Source of the DNA: Paraspadella gotoi
Lineage: Eukaryota; Animalia; Chaetognatha
Assembly (NCBI GenBank): GCA_051294375.1
Contig: CM119263.1
Coordinates: 28,107,260-28,171,259 of the forward strand
Direction of reading: 5' to 3'
Length of the DNA: 64,000 bases
Shown here piece after piece: positions 35,718-48,500 of this stretch (its first letter is position 1; the number at the start of each line of letters is the position of its first letter). The notes under the pieces are model-generated. The model ran no database searches and was not told where the DNA came from. It saw only the letters and a list, made by a program, of their open reading frames with translations. The translations under genes were made by a program, and so were the position numbers.

Positions 35718-38700
35718 TTCCTCTCTGTCTCCATCTGTTCCCTGATCCGCTCCATCTTCGTCTCCGCCTCCTCCCTAATCTCTTGACTTTGCTCGCCGTG
35801 TCCGCTTCCAAATGCTCCAGCTGCTCCTCTATCTTCGCCTCAGCTCCTCTAAGTTTCTCCGTCGCTTCCGCCAGTTGAGTCCTGAAGTTCTGCTCCATCG
35901 CTTCGCACTTACGTCGGAGGCGAGAGTTCTGGTGGGGAAAGACAATATTTATTTTATCCCTGTTTAATCTATTCTGACATTATGCTTCGTATGATAATTC
36001 ATGTCAATTGAATTAGTTATCTATTATGTCATTGCCCCTGTTTAGTTTTTACCATCTAATAAAAGTGTTTGATATATTTGCAAGACTCTTTATTCCAAAA
36101 AACCCCACCTCTTCAACGACTTCCGACATCTTCTGCTGCATCCCTCCTGCGCTGCAGCGACTTCCTGCTCCTTCATCGACGAGATTTGCGAGAGGGCGGC
36201 CATTTTGTCTTCCGAGTGCTGCGCTCCAATTCGCGCGGAGCCGCTCCATGTCGGTTCTAGAACAACCGGGGCGGGATGTGTCAGTTCTTTTTTTGTCTCA
36301 AATAATACTAGATATCTCTTATCTTTTCTTTATTCAGTGAAGATGATATTTTTTCTAAGTCGATTTTGACTAATCCATATTAAAAAAATTATTTATAATT
36401 AATAGTCTTAAAGAAATAAAAAAGAACAACAATATTATATTAATATAGATAATAGTAGTTTTAAAAAAAATTTAATCAAAAAGGTTTGTCAGAAGTGGGA
36501 TTCGAACCCACGCCCGCATTCGCGGACCAGAAATCTCCACTCGATATTCGAGCAAGCAATCGCTTTGAGTCTGGCGCCTTAGACCACTCGGCCATCCTGA
36601 CACATGAGATCGAGGGTAATTCAAATTGGAATTTAAAAACTTCTCGAGCAAGAAGTTGACTTTTGTTTAAAATCGGAAGGATTAATAGGCCAAAGCGGCA
36701 GAGACGGGACGGAGATAAATCTATAACCGTTGAAAAACAAAAGTCTCGAGGCAAAAATTTAGAAAGCCAATAATGTTTAAATGATCATTAAAGGTTTAAT
36801 TATCTACCGCCGTTTCAGACTTTCAGTATAAAAGAGAGTTAACGTAGTCATACAAAGAGTTAATACAGATTATTATTTAAAATTCTCTTTTAAAGAACCT
36901 ATCGAATTCGATTTAACTTGTCACTCTTACTCACCTTAACTTCTCCTGCCACGCCTCCTCGATGTCCGCTTCGTTTTATTCCCCGTTCTCCTTGTCCGCT
37001 TTCTGCATGGCCTCGATCTGTGCCAGGTGGGTCGCTTTCAAGCCTCCCTGTTTCCGGCCTGTATCGCCTCCGCCTCCGCCTGGCTCTGTCGGAAAATCCT
37101 GGCGCGTCTGTTCCAGCACCGCTGGAAAAGGAAAGGCAAAAATGTAAAAAAAAGATTTAATAGATAATTTTTATAGTATTCATTAGAAGTTTGTACTGTC
37201 TATGAAGAATAAATATTTTGACGAATTTGCGTCCACAGGGAATATTTATTTAAAACTGTCATTCTTTCGGTTTTCGGCCACCTGTCCTCCACCGCAGCGG
37301 ACCTTTCTGTGGCCAATAGTTCAGACCATATAAGCTATTGATCTGCTTGTCTCTCAATATTATATTTTAGCCCGATGTTTTCAGCAGATTCACAATTTCG
37401 AAATCCAGATAATGGCCCTTCTGAAGCTAGGGGCCCGAATTGCAGTCAATTCTTCATTCGCCGTTGAATGTTTAATCTAATCTTGGGCTCTCTGAGGCTA
37501 CTGGCTCAATCTTCATTTTTCATTTCAATTCAATTTTCATATTTTAGTCAATCGTTCTTTTACTTTTTAACCTAACGTTGGCCTCTCTGAGGCCAGTAGT
37601 TTAAATCTTTAATTTACCTTTAACCTAACGTTGGCCTCTCTGAGGCCAGTGGTTTAAATCTTTAGTTTACCTTTTAACCTAACGTTGGCCTCTCTGAGGC
37701 CAGTGGCCCCGTTCTCCGCCGATTCCAATCCCTTGTCGTGTCCTGCAGCTGTTGATTCAGACGGCGCCCACCTCTGCGGTCGATTCCTCCAGAGTCACGG
37801 CGGAAACGTGTAGCTGCATGGAGGGCGGGGACGGGTAAGAGAATTTGAATGCCATTTGGAAATATTTAATATTGACACTTCACTTCGTCCTAACGCGAAT
37901 GACTCCAAAAAATTTATGCAACATATCACATATGATATTCACTTAAATTTTGCTGTCTTTTTAAAGCTACTAGAAAACAAGACCTTTTATTGATCGAACT
38001 GACTAATATTGACAAAAAGATCCACATAATGATTTCATCAGTGAGAATGTGAATTCTATTAATTTTAGTTAATGTATGAATAAAATATCTCTTTATGTTT
38101 ATAAAAAAAATCTTCTACTAGTAAAACAAAGCTCTTTTCTAGCTCCTCACCTCGTCTTCCAACGTTTTATCTTTTTCTTTCGACGACTCCTTCAGCTCCA
38201 GCAGCTCCTCCAGCAACCGGCTCCTCCCGCTCCTTCTGCTTCTCCTCCTCTTCCTTCCTCCATTCCTCTTTCAACGTTTCCATCTCCATCTTGTGTTTTC
38301 CTTCTTTCTCTACCTTTTTCTTTGTCCCTGTTGAGGGGAAGTTGATGAAAGAATGAATGGAGATTGAATGAATGAATGAATGAATGAATGAATGAATGAA
38401 TGAATGAATGAATGAATGAATGAATGAATGAATGAATATAATAAAGAATGTATTTAAGAATATATGAATAAATAATGAAGAAATGAAGGATGGAAGGAAT
38501 GAATTACTAAATTATTAAATAAATTGATTGAATGAAAGTATCAAAAAAATAATTACTTCATCAATAAATGAATTAGTGAATGATGAGAGAAAAACAAAAC
38601 AAAAAACAAATGATAACATCATCCTTTTATCAATTTTGTTTCCTCCCATAACAATTCAACCTGGTTTTCCATGATTTCGTCGATCTTCCTTGCATCGAAT

Positions 38701-41700
38701 TCCGCAATCGACTCATTTCCTCCTCCAATTTTTTCCCTCAGTTCGCTTTTCTCTTTGCTCAACTTTTCCAGTTGTTCCTCCAGCGCCTGACGTTGAGCCT
38801 GGAAAGAAGTGACGTCAATGGATTTGAAATATGATGTTTCCGATTCCGAAAAAAACTGTCGTCTGTTTACAAAAAAAATTGTGTCAGGAGTGGGATTTGA
38901 ACCCACGCCCACTTAAGTGGACCAGAATACTCGATCTCTTTGAGAAGCTAACGCTTGAGTCTGGCGCCTTAGACCACTCGGCCATCCTGACAAGATGATG
39001 AAGAATCATGGGCTTTGGAGAATGGACACGTCAAAGTGAGAATATTCTTCATAACTTTTTAAGAGGTTTTTTTTTTTTGCATTAATATATATTTGCATGA
39101 ACAAAAAACGATTATAAAGACTTTCAGTCAACTGGAGTTAGCATACCTGCGATTGCTTGGACAAAGATTGACTCTGATTGGCGAACACGTCCCTTTCGGC
39201 TTGAAGCCATTCTAGTTTGTCCTTGGTTTGATTTAGTTCCGCTTGAAGATCGCACAGTAGCTTTTCGTTCTGAACAATCCATGTTAAGTCACTGTGCTAT
39301 TTAGTCTTGAATAGTTGTGATCAATAAATGTGGGCAACTTGCAGCTGATATAACGCTTATTCGTGAATTAAGGACAAACCGAAGAGAAAATTCACTACCT
39401 GAAAACTGGCAGCTTCGAGTGTTCCAATCTGATTTGACTTTTTGAGAAGATCTTGAGTTTGAGTCGAACAGATTTCTTTGAGGACGTTGAGTTGCGACGT
39501 GGAATCCTTCAATTTTGTCCACGCTTCCGACGCTTCCTGGAATGGAAGCAATCAATCACAATCCTGTGCTTGTTTACGAAATTTTTGATTGTTGTATTTT
39601 ATTTTAAAAAAAATGTTTTTTTTTATATAATATGACAATTTTCAAAAACTTTAAAATCGATGAAAAAATTCCTAATATTCTTGATATTAAAAACGACAGC
39701 CTTACTTGCTGCAGCTGCGCGTACTGCTTCCTACAGTGCTGCAGCTCCGAGTCTTTGCTCTGCATCTCAAGGAGGACTTTGGACAGATCCACGCGCCACT
39801 TCTCCACTTCGCCTTCCGTCGTTTTCAGTTTGGCTCCAACGCCGGTTATCTGAGATGAATCGAGAAGACGTGAAGAGAGATGAATGGGAATGAATGTATA
39901 TGAATCGAGATGAATCTAAATCATACGAATAGAGATGAAAGACTTTTAATTAGGAGAAATTGAGATGATTACAGATGAGAACTCGTATGTTGAGGCCGGA
40001 GATAAGCAAGCTTTCGCACAATCAATCCACGGCTTCCAATCGAAATCACTACCTTTTCCTTGTAGATTTGTTCCTGTCGACTCCACTCTTTTCTTTCGTC
40101 TTGAAAAGAAGCGCGAAGTTCCGCCAGAGTCTGGGAGAAAAAGGGATTCTTCAAAAAAATTGAATGTGAATAAAAAAAATTTAAAATTGACATCTCTCTT
40201 TCTCTCTCACTCTCGCTCTTTCTCTCACTCTCGCTCTCTCTCTCTCTTTCTTGAAATAGGTATTTAATTTCAATTTTTTTACTTTTGTCTGCTCCACTGA
40301 TACATCATTATGAAATACTTTTTCATATTATCCTTAGAATAACCGATAGAATAATGACAACTAAATGAATGCACGATTCCAATTTCTATATGATTCACTG
40401 TCAACCTAAAAGGACTTAAGAAATTGTTCGCATTAACGCCCCCCCAGCCCTCCCTCCCTCATTTACGCCCCCCCAGCCCCTCATTTACCTTGCTCTCCTC
40501 CTCCGTGGAATTGGCCCTCAGCACCGCCATCTCTCTCTCGTAGAAAGACTTGACTTTGACCAGATTCGCCTCGAACTCTTCCTTCTGCTTCTCTCTCTCC
40601 GCCTCCGCCGACTTCAACTCGGACGCCATTTTGTTCGATCGAGACTGAAACTCGATCTCCAGTTGCTCCTTCATTTTGTTGAATTCGCGGGCGGTGGAGT
40701 CGCGGCTCTGGAGGAAAGGAAAGTGGGGGGAGTGTAGCGAGAGGAAAAGTGGGAGATGAGGAGAGGGTGATGAAAATAGGGGACGAGGGGACGAGGGGAC
40801 AAGTGGTAAAACCTTCACGTTAGAAGTATTCAACTTGCTTCAAGGTTAATTTTTAAGAATTATCAAACAAAAGAATAGGACTAAAATGTCAGCAGTGGGA
40901 TTCGAACCCACGCCCGCATGAACGGACCAGAAAGCACAATCTCCGATAGTAGAGGAAGCACGAGCTTGAGTCTGGCGCCTTAGACCACTCGGCCATACTG
41001 ACTGATTGACTGCCGGAGTTGTCGATGATGTTGTTTAAAAGAATCGTGACCCAGTGTCAGGTAGTATCTCTCAACAGAGGGGTAATTTATTTGACTCTTT
41101 TTAATTAATTATATACATTATTTGGCTTCATTTTACTAATCTCAACCATTGTTCACATTTCACGTAAATTAAAAAAAAAACTGAAAGATAATTTCGAATA
41201 ATTCCTTTAAAAAAAATTAATGAACAAACTCTTCATTTATCTAAAGCCTGAATTTCAAATCCTTTTACTACAATATTGAACAGAACTTAACAATCTTCTT
41301 GAATATATCTCTGCCTATCTCTAAGTCAATTCAAAATTATATCATCCCATCTCTAAACTCACCTCCAACTCCAGACGATGTCGTTTCAAATCTAAACTTA
41401 GCATCAACTCCAGACAATGTCGTTTAATCTCTAAACACACTTCCAACTCCAGATGATGTCGTCCCTTCTCTAAACTCACCTCCAACTCCAGATGATTTTG
41501 TCTTTTCTCTAAACTCACATTCCAACTCCAGATGATGTCTTCCCATCCTTAACTCACCTCCACTCCAGTTGATGTCTTCCATCTCTAAACTCACCTCCAA
41601 CTCCAGATGATGTCTTCCCATCTCTAAAACTCAACCTCCACTCCAGTTGATGTCTTCCATCTCTAAACTCACCTCCAACTCCAGATGATGTCGTCTCTCG

Positions 41701-42401
41701 ATCTTCTGCATCTCCTGTTCGTACTCCATCCTCGCCTGCGCCAATCCTTCCTCGACTCTTCCCTCGAATTCGTTCTTCATTCGCCCGAACTCTTGCATCT
41801 GTCGAGGAGGTGGAGGTGCCCAATGGCATTGGGAATTATTTAAGAATTGTTAGCTAATATAATAGTACTTATTTTCAAATAAATAATTAGGTTAATTTAA
41901 AAATTGTAAATGGGAAAATTGAATATTATGTAGGATGTATGATGTAGTCGAGAAAATGAAATTCTCAAAAGAATTCTTGAGAAATTCGATTCTCAAAAAT
42001 TAACATTTTATGATTGGAACGCCGCGAGTTATAATTATAATTAATAGTTATAATTTGATATAATTTTATAAAATTATACATAGATAGCTTATCAATTAAA
42101 TGAATACATAAATTTATATTGGTTGATAAAAATGAATGCTTCAATAAATACATTTAACCGATACATACTCATCGAGATCATTGACCAATCCTCACCCAGC
42201 TGCATCAATCCTCCACCGACCTGCTCTTCGAACTCCCTCTTGGCCTGGATGACATCCCGGCTCAATTCGAGGATGGCTCGAGCGTGTTGTTGCTTCATCT
42301 CGTTCTCCTTCTCCGCCGCGCGATTCTTGAAGGCCTCAAACTCCGCCAGAGCCTCTCGCTTGAACTTGTTCGTCTCTGGGGTGAGATGTTTATTTTTTTA
42401 T

Positions 42402-42447
<46 letters not shown>

Positions 42448-42604
42448 AACCTTCCAGCGACATCTGCAGCTGATTGACGCGTTTCTGCAGTTCGATCTCT
42501 TGCTGCATCTGAGTCTTGTATCTCGTCAACTTTTGACAAGTTTCGCCCATCAGTTGCTGCATCGCCTCTTCGTGCCTCTCCTGAAATAAATTAATAATAT
42601 TAAT

Positions 42605-42648
<44 letters not shown>

Positions 42649-43311
42649 TCGTAATAAATGGTAATAAAAACTCAAGTAGAGAATAGTGATAAGGTACAGT
42701 ATCGTATTTCGGAGAACCTGCATCACAGCCAATACGTGCTCGTTTTCGTCGTTTTTGGTGTTCAGTGCGTAGATGACCTGTGATTTAGAAGGAAAAAAAA
42801 GATTGCATGTTATTTAGAATTAATTTTAAAACTTTGCGATACAAGAATTATCACTACGGTAAAGTCTAAACGTTTCCCAATGACTTAATTTTCCTCACCT
42901 TCGTGAGTTGGGCGATTTTCTTGGCCATTTTGTGACGAAGTTCTTGAGTATTTTCCGAGTCGAACGGGTGACCTCCGCCCGCGTAAAATCCGCGCTGTAA
43001 AAATATCGTTCTCGATGACATCAAGTCTTAATGTTTTTACATCAACCCATCGATTGTATCAAAATTAATCATGATAAAAGTTTACCAGACTCTGCCGCTG
43101 CCTTTTTTTACACTACTGGTCTCTAAATTCTTCAGAAATGTAAATAAATGTTCTTCGCATTACAATATTTATTTCAAAGAAATCTTCTCTATACAATCCG
43201 TTCCTTACTTCATCAACTTTCCCTATTTACCTGGGCCAATCCCCAGACCCCGCCGCCAATCGAAGTCCCCGGTCCTGAACCCATCGTCCCTCTGCCGGTC
43301 GTCGTCGCCAT
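32108..43311 (-). CDS. FAM184: FAM184A/B-like coiled-coil protein gene, full-length copy C (more than 20 exons; first exons 43231-43311, 42899-42994, 42718-42777, 42451-42580)
   Basis: Spliced N-terminus MATTTGRG...LAQ|RGFYAGGGHPFDSENTQELRHKMAKKIAQLTK|VIYALNTKNDENEH..MQ|ERHEEAMQQLMGET matches the FAM184 signature KMSKKIAQLTKVIYALNTKNDEHE. Intron phases are consistent in the first exons; 3' exons carry indels. Confidence 0.92.
34071..34187 (-). tRNA. tRNA-Leu-CAA: tRNA-Leu(CAA) with intron, type 1 (copy C)
   Basis: Same as 19276-19392. One A is missing at the anticodon, probably an indel error, since the other two copies read CTCAAG. Confidence 0.85.
36487..36601 (-). tRNA. tRNA-Leu-CAA: tRNA-Leu(CAA) with intron, type 2 (copy C)
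   Basis: Same as 21614-21727 apart from one extra A after the anticodon. Confidence 0.9.
38345..38437. repeat. (GAAT)n intronic microsatellite (inverted copy at about 26510-26580)
   Basis: Direct reading. Confidence 0.9.
38882..38991 (-). tRNA. tRNA-Leu-CAA: tRNA-Leu(CAA) with intron, type 4 (copy C)
   Basis: Near-exact reverse complement of 25952-26060. Confidence 0.93.
40887..41002 (-). tRNA. tRNA-Leu-CAA: tRNA-Leu(CAA) with intron, type 3 (copy C)
   Basis: GTCAGTATGGCCGAGTGGTCTAAGGCGCCAGACTCAAG-[CTCGTGCTTCCTCTACTATCGGAGATTGTGCT]-TTCTGGTCCGTTCATGCGGGCGTGGGTTCGAATCCCACTGCTGACA-TTTT. Confidence 0.95.
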
Positions 43312-43412
43312 TCAACGCCGATCGACGTGACTGAAACAAACAAAAGAACAAACGACGTTAATCGAAGACGACAGACGAAAGACAACGACGACATGCAAAA
43401 GAAGAAGAAATA

Positions 43413-43456
<44 letters not shown>

Positions 43457-43752
43457 CTTAATTCATAATCTGTCAAAATTAGATTCGATCGAAATCTCTG
43501 AAAGACTTTTAAATTTAATTCAGTATGTATTGTACGTTTAAAGCAAACAGAACTCGTTTCATATTTGAGTTTTTTTGCGATTACAAAAGGTGAGAACCAA
43601 AAAAGGCAAATCTTTAATTTTTTCTGGTTCTACATATCTGGTTTGACTTTAAAATCTGCAATCAAATCTCAGATTTGTTTGTTAAATTCATTGATCGAAC
43701 TTGACTAGAGATAAATAGGGGAGCATTAACTCGTTGAAGTCAGTGAAAATCC

Positions 43753-43800
43753 GTTGTTGTTGTTGTTGTTGATGATGTTGTCGTCGTCTTTGTTGTTAGA

Positions 43801-43889
<89 letters not shown>

Positions 43890-43966
43890 CAAGCCTGGTT
43901 ATTTTCTGCAGTAAAAAGAGGATGACCACGGACTCCTAACTCTCCGAGCCTCGCGCTCTCACCGTC

Positions 43967-44020
<54 letters not shown>
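43753..44020. repeat. Compound microsatellites (GTT)n, (ATC)n, (GTC)n and (GA)n upstream of FAM184
   Basis: Direct reading. Confidence 0.9.
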
Positions 44021-44023
<3 letters not shown>

Positions 44024-44942
44024 CCTCCCACCCCCAATCAATGCCCCGCAGTTCGATCGAGAGATTTTGGCCGAAAGATTTAAAAAAAGTATAAAATATA
44101 ATTTTAAAAATAAAAAAAACAAAGCTATTTTTTTAGTTTATTCTCTCTTTACTCGTCTATTTTTAGTTGATACTACTTAATAAAAATATTAAGAAATCCC
44201 TGTTTAATAAAAAGGTTTCTCGCACACGACTTTTTTATTTGGAAAGTCAGTTTTAAATAAATAAATAAAGCAAAATTGATTTCGGAGCTAATCCGCTTTA
44301 GAAAATGTATAGACGTCAGTCGTCTCGTCCAACTACACCAATGAAATCTTTTTATGCTCGTTGTAAATGTAAATATAAAAGTAAATATAAATCCCTTGTA
44401 AATGTAAATATAAATGTAAATGTAAATCCCTTTTCTTGATATCTAGTTCGCTCTCAATTTACAACAAAAAATTCGTAACAACGAAGAGTGAGTCAATTTT
44501 AAACTACCGAAACTTTGTCTCCTTGTTAAAGTCATTGTTTGATTGGCATTTTCATCAATGCCAATACTAAATTCTGTCGACTTAGCCCGAGTTTTGACGA
44601 ATAGGATTAACATTTCGTACCTTCAACCTAATTCTCATTTGTATCTATTATGGTAAAAGAAGGATCAAATTTAAAAATTAGCCGGCAAAAAGAGAAAAAA
44701 ACAGACAGCGTAAAAAAGAGTTTTGTTCTGATTGTAAACATAAGAGGCTTTATCATAAAAAAAAAAACAAATTATTAGAAACAAAATCGATCTCAATTTA
44801 ACCAAAATTTACTATTTCATTTTTATAAAACTCGAGAAAACAAAAAAGATATAATCTGGGGAGCGAGTTACGGGAGGAGAAATTGAATCGTTATCTCTCA
44901 TCCCAAATGGTTATGGTGTTACATTTTAATTATTTTCCTATT

Positions 44943-45016
<74 letters not shown>

Positions 45017-45599
45017 CACCCCTCGCGGAAGGGAGAAATTGTTTCGCCAACAATTATAAAGATCCAAGAGAAAAACCGAAAAAGAAAAACTTTTTTCTTT
45101 CTTTTCCCAAAAAAATTTGAAATAAAAAAAAAATAAAAAAAAATTGAAAAAGTTGAACCAAAGGAAATTTGGCAGAGCTTTTCTCAGACTCGGACTTTCC
45201 CTCAAACCATCACCGAAAGTTTTTAAAGTTTTTTTACTTCATTTCTAAAAAATATCATTTTTTTATTCATAGCAAAAAATAACAAATCAAGAAAGTTTTA
45301 AAAAAGAGTAAAAAAATAACATTTTTTTTTCATGAGCCAGCCATCGCCAAAGATACAGGGTTAGATCTCTGCTCTGGGATTTTTCTGAAGCTTTGCTTCT
45401 TTTTTTTTTCTTCATCGGAATCCGTTGCTCTTTTTTTCTGTTTTTCCGGACGATGTTTGTTTTTCTCAAGATTGTTTAGAGACCTCCCGCCACGTGGCGG
45501 TGGCGCGTCGAGCGGATAAACAAAAAAAAATCGAAGCAAACGCGCGAAACCAGACGAATCTGTGTGAAGCTTTGAAATTGTTACATTCCTGAAGGTGGA

Positions 45600-48500
45600 A
45601 AGGAATTAACCCTTTAACTTACCCTGCGTGCAATATACGGTATAAATGTTCCCTGTGTATTCCCTGATACGCTCATTCAGTGAGTCCCTCTTGCCGGTCG
45701 AGTCGTGAGTCTGCCATACTTTCAACCGACACGATCGACGAGAGCTGAGGAAGAACAGAGAGCAAGACAGAACGATGAGAATCATTACTAGTACTAGAAC
45801 GACAGGTAACGAAAGAACAAACGACAGTATATCGATAGACACGAAAAGAAATAGCAAAAAAGAAAAGAAGTATAATTATATAACGATAAAACGTTACTGA
45901 ACGCACAAACTTGTAGCACGGACGAAGCAAGCGCGTCTCAGAATATCTATTAAATCTGTCACAAGAGTATCTAGATTCGAATTTCAGGTGAAACCTATCA
46001 TTCTGAGAAATGACTTTATATATTAAATTTATTCAGTAATGTATGTATTGTACAGAAGCAATCGTTTCATATTTGAGAATATTACAAGCCGAGTTACATA
46101 TAAGGTGAGAATATTTCAAAAACGCTATCTTAACATGTATCTGTGTTTTTTTACGAGGTTCTACTGGGATGTTGACTTTTGGAATCTAAATCCGGCATAT
46201 CAAATCACAGATTACTTAGTAAAAAGTCATGATGATTCGAACTATGACTAAAAAGGATAAGAAAATAGTGAGGAGTGCATCTCTTAACTCTGTAAAGCAA
46301 GATGAAAAATACCGATGTTGTGTTGAATTTATTCCTGTTTCGTTAGATTTGATGCTTGTCCGTCGTTTGTTGTTTATAATTCATAGCAATCATCATCATC
46401 AATGATGGCGGAATCATGTCACATAAACATCATTTATCAAATTCAGAACACACAATAGCCATCAATAATCATTCACATCAAGCATACTGATAAACTATTC
46501 ACATCATCTATTCATCCTATCATCAACAATTATATCATCAACATACAATCATTAATAGCGTCGTCTGTCGTCGCGTCGTAAGTCCGTTATACCAATTGTG
46601 TCGTCGTCGTGCGGTCGACGAGCGAGCAACGCACCTCTTATTTTCTGTGCAGTAAAATAAAAAGAGAGGAATGACGACACGTGTTATACAAATACTCCGA
46701 GACCTCTGCTGCTCATACAACTTTTCTTTGCTAAAGAGATAGAGAGACATAGAGATACTAGTAGAGAGTGATGGAGCAGAAGAGAGTATGAAGGTTAAAG
46801 AGAGAAGAGTACGGAGTAGAGCAGAGAGATATGACGAAAAGAAGAGAGATGAGAAGAGAAGGAAGAAAAGAGACCATAGTACTGAAAATTGAGAATGAGA
46901 GTTTAGTAGTATGAGATAAACTGATACAGGAATGAAGAGTGCTCACGCGATAATATTTTAAAAAAGTAATAATAATATAATTTTAAAAACATAAATAAAG
47001 AAAAAGCTATATTTATTAGTTTATATTCGTCTTTAACTTAACAGTCTAATAATTTTTAATTTAGTATACATTAGATAAAACAAATATTGATCAGTAGAAA
47101 TCCTGTTGAATAAAAAGGTTCTTCGCACATCGATTTTTTTTGTTGCGATGAAAGGTCTGTTTTAAATAAATAAATATGAAAGCAAATTTGATTTTCGCGA
47201 AGCTAATCCGACTTATTAGAAAAATTGTTTATAGACGTCATGTGTCGCGGCTCTAGAGTCCAAAAACTCACACCTAATGAATATCTTAACTTATACGCTC
47301 GCTTATTAGAATCTAATCTCACTACATATAGCTAATATAACTACTCCTGTTACACATTGTTAAATATATAATCGTAAATGTAATTTCCCTTTTCCTGATC
47401 AATCCTAGCATTCGCTCTTCTAATTCTACTATACAAAAATTCGTTACTAGATCGAAGAGGTGCATCGTCTCCTTCCGTAAGCATATCTTGCTTTTGTATT
47501 GGCATGCAATATTTGATTCCTACAATGTCCAAGAATCAACTAAAATACTGTACGGAGAGTCTAGCCAGCAGTGTCGTGACGAAATTACGGGACTTATTAC
47601 AGTCTTTCGTACCCGGTCCGAGACCCCTATATTTCTCTGATTGTATCAATTCTATTGGTTAAAAGGAAGGATCAAAATTTAGAAAATTAGCACGCGTCAA
47701 ACAAGATGGAAAAAAAAACAGAACAGGCGGGTGACAAAGAACGTAGTTGTCGTAGTGCTGCACCTAAGGCCGGCGATAAGCGAAGTACGCCTAATTACTG
47801 AAAAAAACTAAATTACTATAAGTATCACTATAAATCGGGAGTATTTCATCTGAATTTCCAGACTGACAACGAAAAAAAACGCGTCATTAATAAAAATTTA
47901 GCGTTATTAATTGTTTAAAACGATTATTATTTGTTTATAAAAATCATTACGGGCATGAGAACGAAAACAAATCAAAGAAATTTATTAAATCTTGGAATGA
48001 ACATAAGTATAAAAGGCGAGTAGGACAAGAGAAATTTAGTGAATCATTTATGTTCTCATTCCCATGGTTACGTGTTACATTTTTTATATTATTTTCCTAA
48101 TTTCTCAACTCACCTCATTCGCGCGCGAATCTGGAATCCGTACTGTGGTAAAACGTTTATCTTTATCTCCTCTCCCATCTCAAGTCTCAGAGCTTTATTC
48201 TCCTCTCCTTCAATCTTCATCATCAATTCTCAAGTACTTCTCATCTCTCCTCATCCCGACCACCTCAGGCGGAAGGGCATGAAATTGGTCTTCGACCACA
48301 ACAATTTACATAGACAATCCAAGAGAAAAACCGAACAGAAGAAAAGCAACCTTTTTCTTTCTCTTTCCCCAAAAATATTTGAATAAAAAATAAAAATAAA
48401 AAAAAATTGAAAAAGTTGAACCAAAGGAAATTTGGCAGAACTTTTCTCAGACTCGGACTTTCCTCTCAAACCATCACCGAAAGATTTTAAAGTTTTTTTA

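Larger units (their letters stand above)
22955..41920. repeat. Large fold-back: 22955-31905 is an inverted copy of about 33240-41920; about 31905-37805 is a direct copy of about 17110-22929
   Basis: Same exons, introns and tRNAs appear in mirrored order. Differences are mostly indels. Junctions fall at a 25-N gap and an (ATTT)n tract. Confidence 0.92.

Noticed and set aside
19276-41002. Ten tRNA-Leu genes, or a tRNA-derived SINE family
   Set aside because: Flanks show only four loci, duplicated with the surrounding blocks. There is no shared SINE body, tail or target-site duplication.
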